A DNA stretch of 64,000 nucleotides from Folioceros fuciformis (Eukaryota). Of this stretch, positions 11,705 to 21,800 are shown piece after piece. Numbering within the stretch: the first letter of the stretch is position 1; every line of letters starts with the position of its first letter. The stretch covers positions 1-64,000 of the forward strand of contig JBNGIO010006030.1 in the NCBI GenBank assembly GCA_049999805.1, in the 5' to 3' direction. Both the position numbers and the translations under genes were made by a program. The notes under the pieces were generated by a model. It searched no databases. It worked only from the letters and a program-made list of their open reading frames with translations, and had not been told where the DNA came from.

Positions 11705-12943
11705 ATGGAGAAGCTCACACTCTGTATTCACCGACACATTCAATGGGTTGTCAACCAGCATTTGATGAAGTGCTTTCTACATCATCACAAAAGCCATGCA
11801 GGGCAGACTTCCTCCGGCTCGAAGTCGTCCGATTATCAATGGTGCTGGCCAGAAATGCCTGAAGCCGGTCTATCCCTTGTATACGAGAAAGCCAGGGATC
11901 TGTTAAGTCGCGAAGAGGTGCAGTCTGCTTTGCAGCAGTGTGGGCCCCGTCCATCCCTCGACGCAACGAGTGGCCCTTCAGCTGGAACAAGTCAGCCACA
12001 GGTGCCGCCTATACTGAAGTTAGGGAAGGAACCTTCATATCCAAACGAAAGGGCGAAAGCAGGTCACCGGAGAGGGCTTGCAATGATAGTCAGCATGGAA
12101 GACGACAGGGATGGAGGACAGGTAGACAGAGGGCGACTTGAAGCTCTCTTCCAGATGTTGAATTTTCATAGAGATATCGTGGTGAACGGTCCTAAGGAAG
12201 GGAAATCAAGGTTGAAAGCCATTCTCATGGTCCCTCGCCTAGCAGAAGACGACTGCTTTCTGTTTTGCGTGAACGCCCATGGTGGGACTGATGAAGACGG
12301 AAGACAGTATGTTTGCTCAGGTGAAGCAGACGAGGCGGAGAAGCTTTATGTTGAAGATATTTTGAATCCCATCGCTGAATGTACGTATTTGGCACACAAG
12401 CCGAAGGTGGTTGTCATAAATGCCTGTCGAGGCATTGGGCGTCTTGTCAAAAGCATGAAACCGCAGGAGTCAAGCACTGCCAACCCTGCCACTACCAGCA
12501 AAGCCAAGGTGTCAGAGGTTGAGGGAAGCCAAGCACAGGGGTCGGGCCCCGCCGACCTTGCCACTACCAGCAAAGCCGACGGGTCAGACGTTCAGGGAAG
12601 CCAAATTGTCAGAAACAGAGTTCGACTATTGTCTTCTGTGAAAGACTGCCTCACAGTTTTCTCCACCAGTCCTGGAGATGCATCTTTGAGAGATGTCGAC
12701 GAAGGCACAAACTTCATCATAGCTTTGATGCTTGCCATCGTGGAGGGCTCTGATACCGAAGATGTCTTGACCATTCTGAGAAGCGTGATTGGCAAGGCGA
12801 CGGACAAGGAGGTCCAATACAAAACCAAAGAAGGGGACTATAAGAAGAAATATCAGTGTCCTGAGTTGCGCAGCACACTTACCAAAAAGCTATACTGGTC
12901 TCGACCACCCCCGACTCCTGTCATGCCTGGCTGTAAGGAGTAG
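11705..12943 (+). CDS. COR C-terminal segment + linker + caspase p20/p10 domain (domain ~12038-12898)
   Basis: RRGLAMIVS, DRDGGQVD, DCFLFCVNAHG (His 12278), HKPKVVVINACRG (Cys 12425), DCLTVFSTSPGDASLR, GTNFI and QCPELRSTLTKKLYW are collinear with the caspase consensus. Confidence 0.88.
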   Translation: MEKLTLCIHRHIQWVVNQHLMKCFLHHHKSHAGQTSSGSKSSDYQWCWPEMPEAGLSLVYEKARDLLSREEVQSALQQCGPRPSLDATSGPSAGTSQPQVPPILKLGKEPSYPNERAKAGHRRGLAMIVSMEDDRDGGQVDRGRLEALFQMLNFHRDIVVNGPKEGKSRLKAILMVPRLAEDDCFLFCVNAHGGTDEDGRQYVCSGEADEAEKLYVEDILNPIAECTYLAHKPKVVVINACRGIGRLVKSMKPQESSTANPATTSKAKVSEVEGSQAQGSGPADLATTSKADGSDVQGSQIVRNRVRLLSSVKDCLTVFSTSPGDASLRDVDEGTNFIIALMLAIVEGSDTEDVLTILRSVIGKATDKEVQYKTKEGDYKKKYQCPELRSTLTKKLYWSRPPPTPVMPGCKE

Positions 12944-13721
12944 CATGTGGCCAAGGCCTGTAATTCCTTCAACATATAAGCACGAATTATTGTACTTCGT
13001 GGAATTTCACGTGAGCAGGTTCCCCTCCGCCTCCGAGCCAGGTTGCAGGACAGGATAAAATCGTACGGAACATACCTCCTGCATTCAATTCAGATGCACG
13101 AACGCACGAAACACAAGGCGACGACTACCAAGGACGGACATATTGGGGGTACAAATGGGAGAAAAAGAAATTTTTTTTTGAACTCCATTATGAAGGTCTC
13201 ATTCCGTCGGACCGTACTCTCACATACGTATGTATGTAGTTCGATGCAATGAATGTAGACCTTGGAAATCAAACAGTGTACGATGACAGATGTACATGTA
13301 TCTCAGAATAGGGCTTGGTACGTTCTGTTAGAGTTGTATTCACTGTTTTGTGACAATGTCATCTGTCTTCTCTGCTTTTTAAAGGGCTTAGGATCAAGCC
13401 AACGACGCCGGGCTTAGGGTTTAGACGGGAGGCTAGAGTCGGAGAGGTGATGGACCAATCCTTGAGTACGTAAACTTGTTCAAGTCCTTCATGGACCGAT
13501 CTCCGTCACGGCACAGGTATAGCTCCTGATTACGGACCTTGGTGCCTTGCGAGTAGCCTTCGAGTCTAAATCCAAAATTCAGACGTGTTGTACCCCCGCA
13601 TTTGAATGCCTGACCGCGTGGACGTCTCGAGGTTCCCGGAGCGATGACCGCCATGCACACTGGCCTAGCAGTAACCTTGCCCTGCTGCAACATCTTGCAG
13701 AACCGATTTTGAGCCTGGTCC

Positions 13722-13850
13722 AGAAGAGCTATCTGCCTGATTGAAATTCCAATTGATGCCGGGGCAAACGAAAGGAGGCTCGAAGAGAAGGGCTATCTGC
13801 CTGATTGAAATTCCAGTTGATGCCGGGGCAAACGATAGGAGGTTCGAAGA
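13722..13850. repeat. ~64-bp direct repeat x2
   Basis: AGAAG(A/G)GCTATCTGCCTGATTGAAATTCCA..TGATGCCGGGGCAAACGA.AGGAGG.TCGAAG occurs twice in tandem. Confidence 0.9.
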
Positions 13851-15784
13851 GGAGGTAAGTATCACATCCTTCACCATGAATGCAGTGCGTGATGGAAACA
13901 CAAGCACGTGGATAAACTTCAGAACGCTATCTACGTGCGAGGTAGAGGAGGGAGTGTCCGTGTCAATGAGGATGCCCCAAGGGGCAACTCTTTGGCAGTG
14001 GTCGTGGTCGTTGTGCATGTTCGTCGTCGATGGTAGGGGACGATTTAGCTCTGCACGATTTTTCTGGTCGGATGATACCGCTAAGCTTTCTCAACAATCT
14101 TGCGCCCTCATGGTTTTTTTTGTCTGGGGTGCAGCGGCAAGAGGCTCAGTTTTCCCCGGATTTGGTCATGCCTGGCAGCCCGCAGAATCACCACTGGTTT
14201 TTTTGGGACCCCTCCAGGCAGCAGACGCGTGAGGACATGTCCTCTATCTTGAGCTCCAGCTCTGGAGATGGCCAGTCCACGCCCTTGAGTATACAAGACT
14301 TGAATATACCAGACTTCACTGTTGCAAGTCCTTTCAGCGATGTGATGCTCATTAGTGCAACTCACGAGGAAAGGTTTGGATGCAAGTACAACCTGTCGCA
14401 AAGATCGCCTGTGCTCAACCGTATGTTTCACAGTAAGATGAAGGAATCGTTGCCAACTCAGGACATGGTTTCGATTCCGTTTCCGAACATGAGCACGGAA
14501 GCATTGAATTTCCTTCTTGAATATACCTTCACGGGGGAAATCTTGTTTCACAGGTATTATCAGAGTCCTGTGGAGGTGATTCATGTTTGCCGTTATTTTC
14601 AGCTGGATAAGGAACCTACGGAATTGCTACAAGACATAATGTATCACCTGCAGCTGGCCTATACGGATTCTCTCGTGACCTACGGTCAGATTAGTGACAG
14701 GGCTGCCGAAACTCTCTCCAAAGCTCTGGAATATCTGTCGATGGACGAAGACAAAGAGCTCTTTGACTATCTGCTGAAGGTTCTTTCGTCCAGATATCTT
14801 CAGTCCATCAGTCCTCAGCGTCTCACCGCTGACGCACTGCGTTTCTTGCTCTCACGCTCACTCAGGACTGATGCTGTTGAGATCACACCATTTGCTACTA
14901 CAGAGGTTGCCACCTGTTTGTACTTGATGTTGTGGGCAGCTCAGCAACTGTCTGGAACTGCACTGGACGAGATGCAGGAATTTGTCAACAAGGTGGAACT
15001 TGCTGCGCGGATGAAAACTAAGCTCAGAGCTAAGCTCAAGCCAGAGCTTTCAAACCAGATAGCTCCTATTGTTCTTCCATTTTTGTCTCTTATCGACTTG
15101 AGACTTGTAAGAGCTAGGGATGTTGCTCTCGTCATCGAACCTCTGAAGGTCATCCCGCAAAACATGATGTTTAAAGCTCTATGTTACCATGCGGCTCATC
15201 GAGGCAAGTCCACACAAATATTTTACAGGGGACCATTTGTGGTGCAGTGGGACTGTAATGCTCGATCCACAAGGCTGCACGTCTGTAACACGGATGATGG
15301 CAGGCAGTTGAGTTGCAGAGGTTTCGCAGGTGGTTACGCAAGAACAGTTTCCCCAGCGAGGGAAGCTGGGATTTATGAATGGGAGGTTCGGATCAAGCGT
15401 AAACGTCTGTGGTGTCAGATTGGAATTGGCCTTTGCACGGACCACGGAAGCTCAGATGCTTTCAGTTACGCAGTTTGGCTGGGGAACCAGCCCTATGGAT
15501 GGATCCTCGACAACAACAGCAGATTCTGGCACAATGCAAGTTGCGTGCCAGTCAATTCCAACGTCACCTTCACAGGGCACGGGCGTGAGGCAAGAGTAAT
15601 GGTACGCCTGGACATGAACGCACGGAAGTGTGAATTCACGTACGACAAATGTATAGTGGTTGCCCCTTGGACAAACATTCCGGATGAGGTCTATCCTGCG
15701 GTATCCTTCCACAAATCTGAGGGTAGCAGCAGAACCTGGGTGGAGATATTGCCCGCCACTGGCCATGGACGAAGGGTGGACTGA
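13756..15784 (+). CDS. BTB/POZ-BACK-like + C-terminal SPRY/B30.2 domain protein (exons 13756-13854, 14135-15784; alternative start Met at 14237)
   Basis: BTB: SDVMLIS...LSQRSPVLNRMFHSKMKES...EALNFLLEYTFTGEI. SPRY: GIYEWEVRI...IGIG...GWIL...VRLDMNARKCEF...VYPAVSF. Donor GAG|GTAAGT at 13855 and acceptor at 14134 join in phase 0. Confidence 0.82.
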
Positions 15785-16268
15785 GAGAAGCTATTCCTTG
15801 TAGATACGTTTCGAGGGCGTCCTTGCTTTCTCCTTAGGATATGAACACCAGGTTTGCACCGGTAGGCAAGTGTCCGTTCCGTCCTCTGACGACTCCCCTG
15901 ACGGTTCAAAAGTTGCTGGCTAAGAAATTATCTTGTTCCGATTAAGTTAAAGTTTTTCGCTTCGAATAACTTGCCCTGTAGACGCGAAGTTGCCGTCACA
16001 CCCTCATGTAGTAGATCTTCTGTTCCACAGGATCCTTTGACAAAGCTTGTTACGCGACTCCGTGCCCTGGTAGTTGTTGTTTATTACCTGTACATACTAG
16101 GCCACTCGTATCCTCTAGGAATGCATACAAAGAGACAGTCGATGGAAGTTGTCCGAAAGCGTGCAAAACTTGCTTCGCCAGTATGGTATCAAATGATTCG
16201 TGGAGGGTGACTGTCTGTTACCGACACACAGTGTGTTATTCTAATGGCCTGCACTGCATGGCATCTGT

Positions 16269-18006
16269 TCAGAAAGGCTCCCCAACATCTGCGGGTACGT
16301 CCTTGTAAGGAAGGCCCTGTTCCATAGCATCAAAGTGGCCGAAAAATGAAGAGCCTCCAGAAGCCCAGTTGTCATTCAACTCCCCCGGTTTAGAATGCTT
16401 TTGCCTGTAGACGTTTCTTCGACAGAAAATCAGAAGCTTGCCGTTGGCCTCACACACAGAGCCTCACAATTCACAAACTGTACTCACCATTCCTGATCCT
16501 CGATCATCTCATCGGTCATGCCCAATGCCTTCAACTCCGCGGGAGAGTGATGCACCAGCAGGCTGTATCTGTTCAGACAAGACGAGACTGCTCACTTGGC
16601 AGGACTTTGCATGGAGGGACATTCCTGCACGTCATAGCTCTGTCCGCCCCCAGATACTGACTGTCGTACTATACGTTTGGCAGGAAGGACCACGACAGCC
16701 GGGAAAACAAGCATGGCGTGAAACAACGAGCATACCTGCCACCAGGGCCCAACTCCATCACAACCATTCCGGTATTACCAAAATTGTACAGGCCCTCAAA
16801 CTCTTTCACTGTCCATTTGTACCATCTCATGAGAAAAACACGCAGAGTCAGCCCATGGGAAACTAGGACGAGGTTCATATCCTTTGTCCGGGCGCCCGGT
16901 TTGCCATGAAATCGACCGAAATCTATATCTGATCGAAGAGTTTCCCTGAACGCTGTCCACGGCAAGCGAACACGATGAGAGAGTGACCCTCTGCAGCATT
17001 GCTCGACTACTGAAGCAACAAATGTAGCAGGCAGGCAGGCAGTACCCTCAGTCACATTGCATGAGCACATTCATAGTCACCTGTAATTCTATCGTAGACA
17101 TCAGACGCTGATTCTCCATTTGGAAATCGGTAGAAGAAGCGCCCGTATCTGAGTCGTATCTCCTTCTCTACTCTCATTTTCTCCCTATCCTGAAAGTTTC
17201 CTGGCAACGTTGAAACACAATAGTGAGGAGGAATGTTGCAGTGGCTTCACCATGCCATACATGCCGGCAGCTCTGTAGCTTGGGGTGCTAGGGAGTTTAA
17301 CAACCAAAAAAGGACAAGAACAAGTCAGCTTACCAAAATCTTGCTCACGAAGGCGGGGCTCCTCTCTCACACCAGCTATGCGAGAGCGTTCAAAGGCCGT
17401 GCCAATGCCTCTCAGAGTTTGCAAAGTGCGCTTGTACGGTGAAACATAAAAATATGTCCTCCAATCATCGCACTCATCCCCCTCGATTAAGCGCCGAATT
17501 TTGCTCCCACACTCCACAGCCTGATACCATCCTTCCTTGGTGAGCGGAATCTTGGAGTCCGGAATGCGAGTGTAGTAACTCTCGTCAATGTTCCCCAGGC
17601 TCTGCCCATGCCGAACCAAGATAATCCTGCGCGGCCGCATTATTATACCTGTGCCTGCTGGCTGGTCAGCAGGTGCAGAGATGGGCAAAGTAATACTCCC
17701 GTTCACCGACTTCTCGTCGAACCACTTCGATCTCCACTTCTTGCGAAGGTGGTGATCTTCCTGAACCGGTGACCCATCCCGACACAGTACTTGGTGCCGC
17801 GGTTGACGCTTGCCCATCCTCTGCTGCCTCCGGAGCTGCAATCGCTTCCATTCCGTTAAATTCTGAGGAGTAGCCTCCTCCAGGACTGCGAGACTGCGAG
17901 GTGGAGCCGCCGCGGCTGTCCCACAGCATTTGGACCCAAGACAACTGCTGGGGCAATCAAAACGGGCCTTGGGAGAAATTTGATGCGGCAGCTGAAGCGT
18001 AGCCAT
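16269..18006 (-). CDS. Phosphoglycerate mutase-like histidine phosphatase (AT74/At3g05170-like), 5 exons, probable transit peptide
   Basis: RIILVRHGQSLGN, VSPYKRTLQT, EEPRLREQDFGNFQ, RFFYRFPNGESASDVYDR, LVSHGLTLRVFLMRWYKWTV, with GT-AG introns. Confidence 0.92.
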
Positions 18007-18894
18007 ATCTACTCTACGAGAGTACTGAAAAGCTTCATCTCAGCCGTGGAGGCGGCATACAATTCCCGGCCCTGGAGTGACTGACGGTCCTTGTCGACAC
18101 TGCCGCTCACATGGGCAACTTGGGCAAGGCGTGAGAAACCGGGTCAATACTGGCTGCAAGTGTCCACATCGCTTGGCAGTCTCCCAATGTGGACACTCTC
18201 CCTCCTGCCTCCATTGATTGACTCACTGCACGGACGGCACCCCTGAGTCGAGCCGAATCTGCTTCGCCCACTTCACTAGCAAGTGGGCTTCAATTATGTA
18301 TGGGAAAGCCAAGCAAGATTGAAAGGAGCAAGATTTTTTGGATGGATTGTTAGAATTGTTTTCCACAAGGAAAGACTGCTGACATTTTGGAAAAACCATA
18401 TACAAATATCAGATAAAATTTTCCGTTTTTGGAGTTAACAAAAAACCGTGACGTAGTATTTCCGAAACACTACCAGTTTGCAGCCTTATTTTCCAGTGAG
18501 CTAATTTACAAGCAAGGGTTGATAACAGTACCGTATCTAGCCGAGAAACAGCATTGGGACGTCACCTGGTCCCTAACACTACATGCCCTCATGCGTGCTG
18601 GTGTGCAACTTGCATTAAAAATCATTACAAATACATAGGGGCGTCGAGTTGATCGCTGACCCGGACTCCGTGAGAGTCACATAGATGATGCACCGAGGTT
18701 GCCAGCGAGAAAGGCTGCAGCCAGGGCGTCACAGACCCCACAGGAAGCCAACCGCCAACCGAAGTTGGGTAGAGTTTCTCTCATTCGCTACAAGCCAGTC
18801 TTTCTTCATGGTCATCGAAAAATTGAAATGCCGTGGGAGTATACAATCATTTTATATCCTCCAAACCACAGAACGAGCGTGCGAAAGCTTCACC

Positions 18895-21800
18895 TCAGGT
18901 CTCCTTTGGTGCCCGTTCATCCTGGATTTCATCCAAATCCTCCTCATCTGGCGGTTTCCCAGCCTGCTGTTTCCAATAAGCAACCTGCTTCTTTAACCGC
19001 AAGATTTCCTTCGATGCAGTGTTCTTGCTCGCGTCATTTATGATCGACCTTACTCGAGTCGCGTAGCTGATAGAAGTAAAAAGTTAGGAAGGAAACGGAT
19101 GAAACAAGGAAGCGTGAGACAGGCTCAGTAAGGAACTTCCACTCACCTAAGAGAGTTGTGTGTTTCATCCAGATTTGAATCCGATGGCGAGATATTTACA
19201 AACATGAGAGTCTTGGCATTGCCACCAAGTGAGTCGCTCATCAACATGGTCAGCTTATGATTCCGATATGGAATAAAGGACTCCTGCGTCGCCAGAGCAC
19301 TGATGACATCACCTAAAGCTGAGAGGGATTTATTTATACTTTGAGCCTCCTTCAGTTGCTCTCCAGATGAACCGGATTTCTTGACCCTTTCCGAGCCAGC
19401 AAGGTCAACAAAACTCAGCTGCAAAACAACGAATCAGCTCAGGCTCCTGCAAGGATGACGTAGTACAGACTGAGGTCTTGTTTCAGCATAGCACACCATT
19501 GGATGATCGAAACCATATGCACTACTAACCTTTCCTTTAACAAGAACCTGAGTTTGCAAGTTGGTACACTCTATGATTATAGACATGATCAGATGTGACC
19601 GAGAGCTCTCTGCGTTCATGTTAGTTCCTGAAATGTGCCGCCTTTCAAAGCCTTTAGCTACAATACTGTCCAACTCGTCAAGTCCTGAGATGGACAAGAC
19701 TGTTGCATTTTCCACCACGACCATACCCTGAAAGAGGTCCCCACAGGTTAGAGTGTTGCCACTGCCATCGTATCTCCGTACAGAAGTAGAAGGGGCTGCA
19801 ACTATTCTACCACTAACCTTGGAATCCTTTTTGATTTCCAGCTTCTTAGTCCTCGGCCCACCATTCCCATTATTACCATTCCCATTTCCAGCTCCAGTTT
19901 TCAACAGATCAACCAGCGTGTCTTGATAAAGCTCAAGCATATAGATCTAATTGCAAGACAAATTGATTAGCAACCACCGAGGAACAAGACTGCACGTTCG
20001 TAGCAAAACAACAAACCCACCTTCAACGCAAACGAAAATTTGTTTGAATCTCGTTTTATTATTCTGAAGAGCTCATTGGTGGCCCTGGGAGTGAGTCCAG
20101 GATTGCTCTCAGAACCGTAAATTGTGTATGTCTTTCCTGAACCAGTCTGCCCATACGCAAATATGCAGACATTGTACCCATCAACAGCCGATTGCACCAA
20201 ATACTGTAGAAGGAAATAAACGATTGTCAGACTTAATCATTAAGACAAAAAGTTCTCATAAATAACAAATGTCAAAACGACATGGCACGTTTTAAACAGA
20301 CTATACCTTGGTGTCCTCAAACACTTGCTCTTGCGTGGAAAAGTGATCAAACACATGATCGAATTGGAACTGCTTTGGAGCATCTTTCCAGGGATGCTCT
20401 AACGTGAACTCATCAGGTGCTTTGACGACCATTTGCTGGTTCTCATTCAACTCCTTCTCACTTAAGGGTCTCCATCGAGCAATCACTCGTATTTTTCCTT
20501 TCATATCTGCCAAATACAATCCCAAACTTGGCATCAGCATGAAAAGGATGACAAGCTCGTCAACTTGCCACCATGTTGTAACATGCGCCACAAATACGGA
20601 TGCACACCCAGTCCAGACGTACCTTCCATCATATTGAAGAATCGTTTCCTCAACACCTGCTCCTCCTTATACAGACTTTCAAGTTCAACTATCCTTTCGC
20701 CTTGGTTCTTGAGAATGGCATTAGTTTGTGCATCTTTCCTAGCAATGTCCTGGAAAAGGGGGAGCCCCAAAAGACATGAGAGCTGTGACATTGCACACCT
20801 TTCTGAGAGCTCTTGATCACCAAGATGATACTCACCTCTTTCATCTCACGCAGCTCTTCCAGCTCTTTCATGCCAGCTTGGAAGGCATCAAGTTCTGACG
20901 TCCGAAGGCCTAGGGCCGATTCCACCACACTTAACTCTTGTGTCCGGTCAACCAGCTTCTTCTCCAGATCAGCTACTCGAGCCCTTAGCTCATCTCGCTC
21001 ACCAGCAAAGCTCTCTTCAAGTTGCCTGGTCTGCAGCACAACTAACATAAAAACGTAGCCACAACGTAACGGAAGAGCACTTGAGCAAACGAGGATGAGT
21101 AACATGGATAAATACTTCATCTTCCTTTGCTCTCTCAATTCTCGCGATCTTTTGATCTAGTAAAATCTTCTCCTTGGTCAACTTTTTGAGATTCCCTTCT
21201 GACAAACGAAGCTCCTCTGCTTTCAGCTTCAATTCGTTCCGCAAATTGTTCACCTACGAGTCAAGACAAACAGTAGCTATATAAAACAGAACGAGAACAA
21301 AAGTACACACCAGTATGCTGCGGCTTTCACACCTCAACATACAAGTCAAGAGAGAAACCAAAAACAATTGTTTTGCAGACAAACTTGTGTGCATTAATAA
21401 GGCCGTGAATGTTATCACACCTGTGTCTCCAGATTCCGAATTTGAGCTGCTCTGTCCTTGTCGACAGGAGGTAGATCCCTGTCTCGCTTTGCCTGGCTGC
21501 GAGGTGATGGCCTTCTCATGCCAGAACCATCATCCACGATTTGATCATCCTCTACTCCCTGTCCACTAATGGCTGCCTACATGATTCCCAAATTGGCACA
21601 CTTAGAATGGGCCTGGACAAAACTGAACCGGATAGCAGGATCACAAGACGCGCCTCACCTGTAGGGCAGCATCCTTCTCTTCAGCAATCTTTCGCAACTT
21701 TTCCAACTCATCAGAGAGCTCTGCTCGAGTTTGTTCTTCAGATTTCAAAGCATCTTTCACACCGGCCATCTCCTCCAATATCTCTGTTTCCCGTCTCTCT

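Larger units (their letters stand above)
9164..12943 (+). pseudogene. TORNADO1-like LRR-Roc-COR protein with C-terminal caspase (C14A) domain; N-terminal part disrupted in this assembly
   Basis: RI-like LRRs (GAQCIANALPLCASLRKLAL; SLAKNTSLNALYI; LQVNTTLQ). Roc G-motifs GAPYAGKTT, T, WDLAGQ, THKD. COR motifs LHDAGRVIWF..VVVNPQW, GRRLQC, FCASPEGSPGVDLVEGIIR. Intron 11315-11399 (or -11417). Lesions: frameshifts ~9715, ~9842 and ~11591; TAG 9810; TAGs 11406/11409/11415. Confidence 0.8.

Noticed and set aside
12038-12898. Calling the protease an ordinary plant metacaspase
   Set aside because: It lacks D-x-C-H-S-G and YSGHG. It has ACRG, KPK, the S1 arginines and a caspase-type p10 tail.
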